Assembly (NCBI RefSeq): GCF_009914755.1
Contig: NC_060939.1
Origin: the human T2T-CHM13v2.0 reference genome, Homo sapiens
Strand: one strand, 5' to 3'
DNA: 64,000 nucleotides
The first letter of the stretch is position 1. The number at the start of each line of letters is the position of its first letter. Position numbers and translations under genes: made by a program. The notes under the pieces were generated by a model, which did not search any database, was not told where the DNA came from, and saw only the letters and a list, made by a program, of their open reading frames with translations. Below, piece by piece: positions 14,700 to 51,620 of the stretch.

Positions 14700-14983
14700 A
14701 GAAAAAGGCGGCAAGGTGACGACTGAAACAAGATGCTATGCTGCCAGCTTTCAAGATGGAGGAAGGTCCCCAAGAATGCAGCTCTAGATGCTGGAAAAGA
14801 GAAATAAACAGATTCTCCCCTAGAGCCTCTGGAGGGAGCTCAACTTTGCAGACACTTGGATTTTGGCTCAGTGACACTGATTTCAGACTTCTGACCTCCA
14901 GAACTGTGAGAGAATGAATGTGTACTGTTTTTAGCCACCAAGTCTGTGGTAATTTATAACAGCAGCCATAGGAAATGAATACA
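14700..14983 (+). mobile_element. MLT1 LTR, 3' half
   Basis: GATTCTCCCCTAGAGCCTCTGGAGGGAG...GACTTCTGACCTCCAGAACTGTGAGAGAAT...GGAAATGAATACA. Confidence 0.8.
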
Positions 14984-15344
14984 GCCAGGCACTATTCTAA
15001 AGGACTCCCTTGTATTGGTTCATCCAACTCTCACCTCTTCCCATCTCCTCATTGATGATGGGGAGGTGTATCCAGGGATCATACTTACCAATCTACCATC
15101 CTCACTAGGCTTCACCACACACCTGTACTCACATGTGCAGAACCTTCCTGACCCACTTTATTCTAGGCCAGGGAGAGACCTGAAGAGCCTCAAGCCACAG
15201 CTTTCTCCCAAACCACTCCTCACCAATCCCATAACCCCATAACCCAGGGTCCAGAGTGAAAGAAGTTGCAACAAGGAAAAAATAATTATCTTTTCACTGA
15301 CTTGTTTTGTAAATCTGGATTTTTATATTAGGTTAGGATGAAGG

Positions 15345-15628
15345 TGGCACCTTCCTCCATCTCAAGGGCCAGCAGCATAACATCTGGTTTCCATCATCAC
15401 ATTGCTGCCTTCCTCAGTAAAACCCTTCCTAGATTTTACTCCCTCTATCTCCCTCTTATAAGGACACTTGTGATTACATTTAGGGTCCACCCAGGTAACC
15501 CAAGAAAATTTCCCCATCTCAAGATACTTAATAACATCTGCAAAGACCCTTTTTCCATTAAGGTAACATTCACAGATTCCAGGGATTAGCACCTAGATAT
15601 CTTTCATGGCCATTATTTAGCTGCCACA
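15345..15628 (-). mobile_element. MLT1 LTR, 5' half
   Basis: Reverse strand starts TGTGGCAGCTAAATAATGGCC; forward strand shows ATAAGGACACTTGTGATTACATTTAGGG. Confidence 0.8.
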
Positions 15629-17591
15629 GTTGTATAAAGCAAATGCTTAAGAAACTAGCTATTATTATTACTGTGCTAAGCACTTTTTATGTGCTAATTA
15701 ATCCTCACTACAACACTATGAAGCAGAGACTATGGGTATCCCATCTTACAGAGAAGAAAGAGGCTTAGAGAGCTTAAGCAGTTGCCTAAAATCAGATGGC
15801 AAGTGTCAGAGCCCATGCTCTTAGCCTCCATACAGGCTGATTTGGGGAGCACACCTATGACTGCACTTGTGGTAAGGATGACGCTCACCCTACTTTTCCA
15901 TTTGAATCATTTGAGTGGTTGTATGTGTTCTTGGAGTAGGGGTGGTCTTTCCCCATAGAGTGTCATCTCTTTCAGGACAAGGAGTCTGTCTGTCATGCAC
16001 TTTCTCTTGTGGTTTGGTGCTCTGCACATACTGAAAACAAAATTAATATTGTTGATTTAACTGCCAAAGCTGGAGCACATAAGGATCATTAAGTGCAAAG
16101 AATACTGATCAAACAGAACAAGCTCTACCTCCTTATTTGCCAACCCCTAGAAGTTGAAATGGTGACAGGGGTGAGTTGAAAAGGAAGAAGTTTAGTTTTA
16201 CCTTCTAAAGGTCAGCCTGTCTGTTGTCTGGTACAGGTAGAGATTACAACAATAACCCTTCAGGAAAACATTACATTTTGTCCCATGAAAAATAAACAGC
16301 ATTTTGTCCATGCGTCACATACTAGTCTTTCTGGCATGATGGACTGTGGTTAAACTCAGCATATCCTGGGAATGGGTAGGAGAGGGACATCATTGAGTAG
16401 GAGAAAGTGAAACTGGGAAATGAACTGTGGAGAAAGAGATCTCCACAGGGTCAGTGACAAGTATTCAGAATGATCATGGGAAAAAGCGTAGTGTGGAGGA
16501 AAAGGGGGGCCGTGGAAGTGACTGAAGTTCAGACTGCATTCTGGGAGATGAAAGAAGCAAACAAGGGCACAGCACTAAGGAAGGAGAGGAGAAGGAGTTT
16601 GAGTTATACAAGATGTTCTCTGAAAAATGAAAGATACCAGAAGTGGCCATATTAAAAACCATCTCATAATGGACCTGCTTTACTTCAGAAGGGATAAGTG
16701 CTAGTATTTGCTAAGTCTGAGAAGTCACCATCACAGTCTTGTCATGATGAAGCATGCAGTGGCCACCCCAGAAACCTGAATCACCAAAGCTTCCTTTCCT
16801 CACCTCATTGCCATATAAACTGACTAGACTGGGATGGGAGAAAAAGATGGAGGCTTAAAAATATCCTCTCCAGCATCACCCAGGCACTAAGGGCAGTGAG
16901 GTGGCCAAGGTCCCATTTCTAGGGCTTTTAGATTTCCATTGATACCGCTCTAGGGGATTTGATGGATGTGCTTGTTGGCTCATCATGTCATCCCCTTTCC
17001 ATAGGCACATCTGTAAAAATGTCACCAGAAGGTGGCCCAGTGAGCAGGAAACCCCAGGGGTGGGGTACGGGAGGCTCCATGGTTCTAATGGCTGATGCCA
17101 CCCTGCTTCACTGGCCTGATGCCTCCATGTCTGTTATTAGGGTGTTCCTACTGTGGGGATTGGCACATTGTTTTCGTCCTATGTTATTATGCAACCGATT
17201 AGGTTGAGACTTAACCTAATCCGGTGCAGTCCAGTTCCTATTTTCCAAAGATGACAGTATACCCAGGCCACTTAAATTTGATCTGGGTGTTGGTGAGACT
17301 ATTACACACCCACAAATAATCCAATAATCTCTTTGGCTGTGTCATTTCTACTGGTGTCTAACCTCATCCTTTTTATTTGGGTCCCATTGATTTATATTCT
17401 AAGTTTTAGGGATACTTTGGGGTGTCATCCCAACATATTGCCTGTATAAATACTGTCTCCTTAATTCCACAATTGAACATTACAGAGAGTTAGTGTTATT
17501 CTTATTTTACGTCTGAAAAAAATGGACACTAACAGGTTTGGTAACTTGTCCAAAATCACGTAGCTAGTAAATTCTAAGAATTGTGATTCCA

Positions 17592-17909
17592 GGCGGGCGC
17601 GGTGGCTCACGCCTGTAATCCCAGCACTTTGGGAGGCTGAGGCAGGCAGATCACGAGGTCAGGAGATCGAGACCATCCTGGCTAACACGGTGAAACCCCA
17701 TCTTTACTAAAAATACAAAAAAAAAAATTAGCCAGGTGTGGTGGCAGGCGCCTGCACTCCCAGCTACTCAGGAGGCTGAGGCAGGAGAATGGCGTGAACC
17801 CAAGCAATGGAGCGTGCCGTGAGCTGAGATTGTGCCACTGCACTCCAGCCTGGGCGACAGAGCGAGACTCTGTCAAAAAACAACAACAACAACAACAACA
17901 ACAACAAAA
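17592..17909 (+). mobile_element. AluY-like with (CAA)n tail
   Basis: CCATCCTGGCTAACACGG diagnostic; TSD AAGAATTGTGATTCCA. Confidence 0.95.
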
Positions 17910-18131
17910 AAGAATTGTGATTCCATCTCTGATCACTCTGGTTTTAAAGTTCAGTCTTTTCCTACATAATGCTGAAGTGACCGGGAAAAGTCAAGCTTCT
18001 AAATTGGCAATTCAATTGGGAATTTACTATTATGGTCTGTGATGATGACATCTTATATCATGTACAACAGTGGATCAAACCTGACTGCACATCAGATCAT
18101 GTTGTTGAGCTTTTAAAAACTATACATGCTT

Positions 18132-18438
18132 GGCGAGGTGTGGTGGCTCATACCTGTAATCCCAGCACTTTGGGAGGCCGGGCATATCACCTGAGGTCGG
18201 GAGTTCAAGACCAGCCTGACCGACATGGAGAAATCCTGTCTCTACTAAAAAATACAAAAAATTAGCTAGGCATGATGGCACATGCGTGTAATCCCAGCTA
18301 CTCGGGAGGCTGAGGCAGGAGAATAGCTTCAACCTGGGAGGCAGAGCTTGGGATGAGCCAAGATCGTGCTATTGCAATTCAGCCTGGGCAACAAGAGCAA
18401 AACTCCATCTCAAAAACAAACAAACAAACAAAAAAACA
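18132..18438 (+). mobile_element. Alu (AluS)
   Basis: TSD AAAAACTATACATGCTT. Confidence 0.95.
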
Positions 18439-18459
18439 AAAAACTATACATGCTTTGAA

Positions 18460-19164
18460 TGTATTAATACAATTAGATTTGCTAATATTTTGTTCAGAAT
18501 TTTCACATGTATGTTGATGAGAGAGATCATCCTGTAATTTTCCTTTCTTGTAATGTCCTTGTCTGTTTTGGATATCAAGGTTATGCTGGCCTCATAAAAC
18601 AAGTTATAAAGTGTTCTCTTCTCTCTCTTTTTTTTTTTGGCAGTGACAGGGTTGCACCTTGTTGCGCAGGCTGGTCTCAAACTCCTTGGCTCAAGGGATC
18701 TACCAGCCTTGGCCTCTCAAACTGCTGGGATTATAGGCATGAGCTACTGCACCTGGTTCTTCTCTTCTTTTTTAATGCCTTCTATATAGACAATGTTATC
18801 TGTACTATTTCTATAGTTTATATCTCACAAATATTTTCATTTTGGCCTAATACATGGTCAATTTTTGTGAATTATCCACAGATACTTTAAAAAAAAGGTG
18901 TATTCTCTTTTTTGAGTACCAAGTTTTATCTGTTATTAATTATGCTATTTAATCCTTCTCTGTCATTTCGGCGTCTACTACAATGTTTCCATTTTTTCTT
19001 GTATATCCTGTGATTTTATGTTTTAATTAATATTCATGGAGGTGCTAAGTTATTTGGTGCTTAGGTATTTATAACATTGTAACTGGTGAACTGCATTTTT
19101 TTATCATTATAGATTATTTATTTGTACCCCTTAACATTTGTTTGTCCCAATGTTAGCCTTGCCT
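18460..19164 (-). mobile_element. Old L1M fragments with an Alu monomer; continues at ~24390-25130
   Basis: Reverse translation [45 protein letters not shown] is L1 ORF2-like. Confidence 0.75.
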
Positions 19165-24390
<5,226 letters not shown>

Positions 24391-25133
24391 TATAACCATT
24401 GCTTTCTTCTAATTTACAATTGTAAAGATTTCTGATTTATTTTGTTTTGGATCCCTTGTGTACAGCATAGATTTGAATTTTGCTTTATGATTTAATCCAA
24501 ATTTACTTTATTTTATTTTACTTTCAATTTTTATTATTTTTTAAATAAAAAATAGAGATGGGGTCTCACTGTGTTGCCCAGGCTGGTCATGAACTCCTGG
24601 GCTCAAACGATCCTCCTGCCTAAGCCACCCAAAGTGCTAGGATCACAGGTGTGGGTCACCAAGACTGGCTGAAATTTATTTTATTTTAATACATTAGTTT
24701 AGCACATTTAGATTTATCAAATTGAAATACTTGGTATTAATTATTAATACAATATATATAACTTTATATGATGTCTTCTATTATTTAATAGATCCTTTAA
24801 AAATTCTGATGTTATGGTATGTATTTGGTTTTATTTTTTCTGAAAATCTGAAAAGGTTATATTTTTATTTCAGTGATGGTCTTTATAATGTATTTACTTA
24901 ATCTTCCTCTCTTAGGCACTATCTATCAATCCCCTGATATGAATAAACAATGAAATTAGAATATTTTCTCATCTTCTCCCTATCCTGCTCTTGATGACCT
25001 CTCTTTTTGCCATAGTTTTCCCATTTATTTCTTGGTTGAAGTTCATCTTCTAGTAGTTTATTCAAGGAAAGCTCATGGAAACAATATTTCTTGAGATCCT
25101 GCCATGTTTAGAAATGTCTCATTGTGCCTTTTT

Positions 25134-26088
<955 letters not shown>

Positions 26089-27165
26089 AGACTTTGTACA
26101 TCAGAGTGAACTCCTCACCCTAGAGAAGTATAATTTTCTAGCTTTTGCCTTAAGGTCTTCAGCCATAGGCCTTCTCACTACCTTTCTTCTTGCACCCTGG
26201 CATTTCCTACAGTGTAAAACACTGGAGGATCTATGTGAACCCCTGGGTTGGGTCACTTGCTAGGCTCTAGTTGCTGTTGTTGTTTTTGTTGTTTTGTGCC
26301 ACTCTCTCCTTGTTCACTGTGATTCTGCCACACTGCTGACTTTTCATGATGGTCTCGCCCTCTTGGACTCCACGTTTGTGGTTCCTTCTGCCTGGAACAC
26401 ACAATCTCCCTCCCTAGCCTCACTGCTGTCACAACTCAAGTCTCTCAAGTACAGCTTTATCTATCACTCCCTCAGGGCAAACTTCCCTTGCTTTCAAGCT
26501 AGACTAGGTTCCTCTGCTACACACTTTCATGGTTTTCTTTTCTTTTCCTTCATAGCCCTTACCATAATTGTGTTTGAGTCATTACTTCTATGATTATCTG
26601 CTTAATGGCTTCTCCTCCCCTAAGTGGGGATTGTGTCTGTCAGATTCATTGTATCCCCAGCACCGTGTACCAGCATGTCACAGACACTTATTACATAGTT
26701 GCTGAATAAATGGATGAATGATCCCGTCCCAATATGGCTCCCACTCCCATCTTTCCACCAAAACTCCGTTTGCATGATTACCAATTACCTCCTTGTTGCT
26801 GAATCCACTAGATATTCTTTGGTTTCCATCTTGACTTCTTATCAGTATTAAACACTTGAACACTTTTTTCTTAAAACAATGCTTTTTGTGCCTTCACTTA
26901 TTCTCAGGATCCTTTGCTGTTTCCTCTTCATTTTTCCTAGTTCCTTGATGTTTGATGCTCAGAGCTTGGACCTGAGCTATGTCCTTTTTCAAATTGTGTG
27001 TTCAGTCTCTAGATTATCTTCTTCTCACTTACTGCTCTCAATAGTCTATATACCAATGACTTCCAAATTTCATCTAGACCTTCAAGCCTAGACTTTCCCA
27101 GTCTCCTACATAGCACGTGCCCTATATTGTTTGGTCATTTCACCTGGATGTCTGCTATAGGCATC

Positions 27166-29957
<2,792 letters not shown>

Positions 29958-30693
29958 CCATCTCAAACTTGGCCTACCCAAAATTACATGTTTGATATTT
30001 TCCCCAAATCTGCTCCTCCCCAAATCTCAGCTGGGTGTCTCTTCATCCTTCCAGTTAGTCATGCCAGAAATCTGGGAGTCAGCCTTTCTGCTATCTTCTC
30101 CTCAACTCCCACAAGCTAACACCTTACCAAGTTCCATGGATCCTACATCCAAAATAAATCTTGGATCTGTCTACTTCACTCCACCTCCACTTCCACCATT
30201 TATCCAAGTCCAAATCACCATTCTTGGCTGGCATATAGCAGGAACCTCAACTGGTCTCCTTGCTTCCACTCTACCTGTGCCACCAGAACTGCCACTACTA
30301 TCAAAGTGCCTCTCTCCTTGGATAGTTCTAGACTAAAATTCCTGCTCTCTGACTCTCTTTTCCTAACTCTTCTTAGTGCTTTCTTCAGGTTTGTTAATAG
30401 AAAGTATGTTAATGGTTCCTCAGGGTGGCCTCTGTTAATCTCTTTTATTGTATATGGATTTTACTAGTTTAATGTTCATTGTCAACCTTATTTCCAAGTT
30501 CTTCAAGAAACTTAATGGTTTTTTTTTTGTTGCTTCTTTCTTTTGTTGTGAATAGCTAGGTGTGAGTAACTGAATAGCTGATGAAGCAATGGAGGAAGCC
30601 ATAGTCAGGATTTTATAACTATTCTGACTTTTGGAACACCAAGGACCTATGGCACACTGATTTTTCTTGTTAGTGCACTATGTAATCCAGACC

Positions 30694-30803
30694 TGCAATA
30701 ACCCAGTATCTGTGATAAGTTAAGGGGAGACTAACCCATCACAGACACTGGGTTATTGCAAGTTATCCAGATCCAGTATCTGTGATGGGTTAAAGTCTCC
30801 CCT
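30694..30803. repeat. Micro inverted triplication (A-A'-A)
   Basis: 30694-30716 is the reverse complement of 30738-30760 (1 mismatch); 30723-30751 is the near reverse complement of 30773-30803. Confidence 0.9.
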
Positions 30804-30882
30804 AGATATGTGATCCCACAGGATTGATTTTTAATTAATTATATTTTAAACTCCATATAAGTTTTTTTGTTTTTTTTTTTCC

Positions 30883-31048
30883 CAGGGGAAAGCACGAATG
30901 CAGTTCCTCACTACCACAAATTATGCAGTTGAGTTTCCCGCATTTGGGGAAATCACAGGGGTAAGCACACCTATGGAGTGCAATGGATGAGCCTCAGCCT
31001 GGGAAAACCACCTTCATGATCATGGCATCTCCCCTGCCAGGTAAGAAT
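30883..31048 (-). pseudogene. U1 snRNA retropseudogene
   Basis: Reverse strand ATTCTTACCTGGCAGGGGAGATGCCATGATCATGAAGGTGGTTTTCCCAGG...AATTTGTGG (Sm site)...TTTCCCCTG; poly-A tail; TSD CCA(T/A)ATAAGTTT. Confidence 0.95.
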
Positions 31049-31979
31049 CCAAATAAGTTTTGATAGTAGAGATTTATCAAGAACTTGTTAGTTGTATTCA
31101 GTGGGGAGAGTGTTTCAAAGTGCTGTGCTGTCTGGGAAAGTTAAGCAGAGGCCCAGAGAAGCTATGCCAAGCAGGCCACCAGCAAAGTCAAAGGCAGCAT
31201 TTTACAGCTTATTCAGTAAAATGCCTGGAAAAGTCTGTTCCTCAGCACTATGAATGCTGGTCTTTGTTAGGAAATTATGCAGAAGTGTCACAATACTATA
31301 ATAACAACTTGAGTTTTTTGTTTTTAAAATGTCAGCTTCTTAAGACTCCTTATCAAGTTCTTCTGCTCTGAAAAAACAGAATCCTTATCAATTCATCCTT
31401 TTACCTTTTCTATAAAGAGCCCTAGTCATAGAATATATTTCTAAATCTGCCTTCCCCTCCTGCAAATCTCTGCTACCAGGCAACAACCTTCGAGACAGCT
31501 TTGAAATGTTACTGCTCAGGAGAAAACAATACAACTCCAGTGTGGCCATTATGTCATTATTCCAGTGGCTTTTGCTTTGGTTCTGTGTGTTTTGTTTTCA
31601 TAATTTAAAGTCCAAGAAGTATCTACTTAAAGTGGCCCTCAGCTCTTAAGCCATTCCTGGGGTCTTCTCCTTCAGCTTCACCCATTGGAAGGACATGCTT
31701 AGAAGACTGTGAGGAAACCCCATAAAGCAAGGAGGGTTAAACTGGGTTTTAAATTCAGTGGGTAAGTGAAGGCAAGTACCTCATCTCTCCAAGCAAGACC
31801 TGCTTAGCTGCTAAGTACACAAGCTACTGAAGGAATCATTCATGCACAGCTAAGAGCTGTGGGAGGTATCTAAAAGCAAAGGACCTGACTAATTCTATAA
31901 GTAGTCCCTGCAAAAATCCATTCCACTGCCTTGTACAACTTGTAATGCTCCCACACCCTTCACCTACATGTGTCCACGT

Positions 31980-32011
31980 GCACACACACACCCACACCCA
32001 CACACACACAC
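31980..32011. repeat. Imperfect (CA)n microsatellite
   Basis: Direct reading. Confidence 0.85.
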
Positions 32012-32281
32012 TTCCTTTTTTGTCATTAGTGGGGCTCCAGAGCTTGATCCATCATCATCATCAAATTTTTTGGGGGCTTTTATGCTGTAGAGAGCACTTT
32101 ACCACATCCTGGTTAAGAAATGAGGCCTTGTCATCAGTGGGATTCCAGTGCATTTGGGGAAGGGGTGATTACTGGTGAAAGTACAGGCTGTGCCCTGTGT
32201 GTTGGGCAGGCCAGGGGGAGACAACTTCAAGGGCTGGGACAAAGTCTAATGGATTAGGTAAGAGGATTAGCCGTGTGTCTG

Positions 32282-33005
32282 TGAAACCACCACTGCAAAA
32301 TCATAACTGAGACAGTGAAAGAGATCTGACCTAAAATCTTGCTTCTAACCTCCAAGCTGTCCTTCTTCATTCCTGGGCATGGTCTGAACCAACTTTGGGG
32401 GGATCTTAGTTTTTAATTTATAGATTAAAACAAAGATAACAGCCCTTCTTCAAAACAAACCTCCTTCTTGCCTGGGGACTAGACTGCCTTTGTAGGACTA
32501 ATGAATTAGCCACAAAAGTAGAAATTATGGTTTAGGAGTCACACAGCTGGAGACTAAAGGATTCTGACCCTCCCCAAATTGCTCCTGGGGATAATGTCAT
32601 TATTATAAAATGAAATGTTAGTGCTTTAGATATTTTGCAGACCCTGCACTTGATGGATCAGCTGGCACCACCCAGATTGATAAACTGGCTCATCTGATTT
32701 TGGGGCCCCTACCCAGGAACTGACTCAGCCCAAGAAGATAGCTTTGACCCTTTATGATTTCACCTCTGACCCAACTAATCAGCACTCCTGACTCACTGGT
32801 TCTCCCCTACTCTCCAAATTATCGTTAAAAATGCCGATCTCTGTATGTTTGAATGCTTAGGGAGACTGATTTGAGTAATAATAAAACTTCAGTCTCCCGC
32901 AAAGTTGGCTCTGCATGAATTACTCTTTCTTTATTGCAATTCCCCTGTCTTGATAAATTGGCTTTGTCTAGGCAGCAGGCAAGGTGAACTCATTGGGCGG
33001 TTACA
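32282..33005 (+). mobile_element. LTR8-like 5' LTR (HUERS-P1 / MER4 group)
   Basis: TGAAACCACCACTGCAAAAT...TTGGGCGGTTACA, followed by a degenerate tRNA-Pro PBS TGGGGCTTGCTCAGAAT. Confidence 0.88.
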
Positions 33006-38795
<5,790 letters not shown>

Positions 38796-39995
38796 ACTTG
38801 GGAGCTCGCCCAGTATAGCACCATGCAGTGAGTACCATTGGACCCCTTTCACTTGCTATTCTGTCCTATTTTTCCTTAGAATTCAGGGGCTAAACACCAG
38901 GCACCTGTTGGCCAGTTAGAAGCAACTAGCGTGGCCACCTGACTAAAGACACGGGTGTCAGGCTTTCTAGGAAAGGGATGTCTAACAACCCCCAACTCGT
39001 CAGAGTTAGGAGCATTGGTTTGCCTGGAAACAGCTTCTGCTTTTCCTATACTTCTGGGCTGAGCCGAGGGTCGACAGAGAGGAAAGCCATTCAGCTCTGC
39101 AGTCCCAACGAAAAGTTAATTGACCCTGCAGCCATGAACAGAGCGCTCAAAGTTACGTTGCCCAAGCGAGACTCATCCATCTATCTTATCTATCCCGACC
39201 CTTGCCTCCTGGGTCCTATGCCTGTCAGACAAACTTCCTCCCACCTCTCTTCTTCAAGACTAGTCCTGCTTCTAAAAACTACTCCTTGTCCCCGGTGCTC
39301 TTCTAGTTTCTCCAAAAAGAATGGTTTCTAGTATAAATTTCGGGACTCTGTTCCCTTTTTTAGGCACCCGGGCTCACCAATCAGAAAGACATAATTATTG
39401 CCCAAAGCCCCATCACAGAGGGGACTATCTGGAATTTTAGGATTCCTCCTCAGACTAGCAGGCCTAACAAAGGCTATTCCCAAAGCTAAGATATGGGGAG
39501 CCTCAGAAATTATAGACTCCAAAATTGGGCAGCGGATATCCTTCCTGTTCATATGATGAGAAGTGAAGACAAAAGGCATCACTCTTACAACCCTGGAGAT
39601 CCCTTCCCTCCCTCAAGGTATGGCCCTCCCCTCCATTTTGTGGCATATCATCTTTATAGGATAAGGGTAAGGTCACAATACCAACAGAAGAAAATGCTTA
39701 GGACTCTAACAGATTTTTAAGAATGCATCAGTAAGGGCCACTAAATCCGTTTTTTCTCGGTCCTCTTTGTGGTCTAAGAGGAAAGGCAAGGGTGCAGGTT
39801 TTTGAGAATGCATTGGTAAGGGCAACTAAATCTGACCTTCCTCGGTCTTCTTTGTGGTCTAGGAGGAAAACTAGTGTTTCCACTGCTGCTTCTGTGAGCA
39901 AAACTATTCCAAACAGCAGCATCCAGGACCTGTTGCGGGTTCTTGGGCAGGAGAAAAAAAAACAAACCAAAACCATTGGCGTTTTTTTCTTTCAG

Positions 39996-41775
<1,780 letters not shown>

Positions 41776-42734
41776 GGGTGCCCGAGGCAAGCACCAGCTC
41801 ATGTCATCACCCTCACTGAGCCCTGGGTAACTTTAACCACTGAAGGCCAGGAAATTGATTTCCTCCTGGACACTGGCACAGCCTTCTCAGTGTTAATCTC
41901 CTGCCCTGGACCGCCGTCCTCAAAGTCCATTACCATCCAAGGAATCCTGGGACAGCCTGTAACCAGGTATTTCTCCCACCTCCTCAGCTGTAATTGGGAG
42001 ACTTTGCTATTTTCACATGACTTTCTTGTTATGCCTGAAAGTCCCACACCCTTATTAGGGAGGGACATATTAGCCAAAGCTGGAGCTATTATCTATATGA
42101 ATATGGGGGACAAATTACCCATTTGTTGTCCCCTACTTGAGGAGGGAATCAACTCTGAATTCTGGGCATTGGAAGGACAATTCAGAAGGGCAAAAAATGC
42201 CCGCCCAGTTCAAATCAGGCTAAAAGACCCCGCCAATTTTCCTTATCAAAGGCAATATCCCTTAAGGCCTTAAGCTCATACAGGGTTACAGGATATTGTC
42301 AGACATTTAAAAACTCAAGGATTAGTAAGAAAATGCAACAGTCCCTGCAACACCCCAATTCTAGGAGTACAAAAACCAAATGGTCAGTGGAAACTAGTGC
42401 AAGATCTCAGACTAATCAATGAGGCAGTAATTTCTCTATATCCAGTTGTACGCAACTCCTATACCCTGCTCTCTCAAAAACCAGAGGAAGCAGAATGGTT
42501 CACTGTTCTGGACCTCAAGGATACCTTCATCTGCATTTCCCTACCCTCTGACTCCCAGTTTCTCTTTGCCTTTGAGGATTCCACAGACACATCCCTACTT
42601 ATGAGGACATTCTTGCCTCAAGGGTTTAGGGATAGCCCTCATCTGTTTGGTCAGGTACTGACCCAAGATCTAGGCCACTTCTCAAGTCCAGGAACTCTGG
42701 TGCTGCTCCTTCAGCAAGTGGATGATTTACTTTT
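41776..42734 (+). pseudogene. HERV9-group pro-pol 5' part, defective; resumes at 49247-49448
   Basis: Protease FLLDTG and LLGRD; RT motifs QDLRLIN, VLDLKD, LPQGFRDSP, QQVDDLLL; after the L1, QQVKYLGLIL. Confidence 0.92.
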
Positions 42735-49246
<6,512 letters not shown>

Positions 49247-49467
49247 TGGATGATTTACTTTTGGCTACCAATTTGGAAGCCTCATGCCAGCAGGCTACTC
49301 TAGATCTCTTGAACTTTCTAGGTAATCAAGCGGGCAAGGTGTCTAAACTGAAAGCCCAGCTCTGCCTACAACAAGTCAAATATCTAGGCCTAATCTTAGC
49401 CAGAGGAACCAGGGCCCTCAGCAAGGAACAAATACAGCCTATACTGGCACCGGTCCCTCAAGGCGTA

Positions 49468-49806
49468 GCACCAACCAGATTGATAAACTCACTTATCTGA
49501 CCTTGTGGCCCTCGCCCAGAAACTGACTCAGTCCAAGAAGACAGCTTAGATCCCCTATGATTTCATCTCTGACCCAAACAATCAGCACTCCTGACTCACT
49601 GGCCTTTCCCCACCCATCAAACTATCCTTAAAAACTCTGAGTCCCCGTATGCTCGAATGCTTGGGGAGCCGGATTTGAGCAATAATGAAATTCCAGTCTC
49701 CTGCATAGCTGGTTCTGCATGAACTCTTTCCCTATTGCAGTTCCCCTGTCTTGATAAATTAGTTTTGTCTAGGCAGCAGGCAAGGTGAATCCATTGGGCG
49801 GTTACA
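49468..49806 (+). mobile_element. LTR8-like 3' LTR, terminal piece
   Basis: GCACCAACCAGATTGATAAACT...TTGGGCGGTTACA, homologous to 32665-33005. Confidence 0.88.
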
Positions 49807-49988
49807 TATTGGGGAGGGGGGACTGTAAGGGAATGAAATCCTGAGCATTATCCTCAAAGGAGGGAGGGGCCTTATAGACTTAGGCCTATCTAGAAGCGCC
49901 TCTCTCCTCAGAGAGTAAAACCTCACTGTTTCTCAGAGGGCTGAGAGGCTTGAAGGAAGAGTTTGGGCAGAAACTCTGCTTTGAATAG

Positions 49989-50588
<600 letters not shown>

Positions 50589-50746
50589 TGAGAATGTGCA
50601 TTCTCAACAGCGCCTCACATTCCCCACCCCAATTCTTCTGCAGCTAACGTTTGAGAGCGCTGGTCTGGTGCCTACTGCCTCTGCAGGCGGTTTTCAAGGC
50701 AGCCGTGTGTGCTTGCATGTGAGGCGGCAAAAACAGCGCGCTGCAG

Positions 50747-51620
<874 letters not shown>

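Noticed and set aside
16700-17400. Unassigned sequence that might be an old ERV internal fragment
   Set aside because: No motif I can identify; needs a Dfam search
17794-18042. Poly-Q ORF (and poly-C on the other strand)
   Set aside because: Read through the (CAA)n tail of an Alu
39730-39870. ~55-bp direct repeat in the HERV leader
   Set aside because: I recall this as a normal feature of HERV9-group leaders
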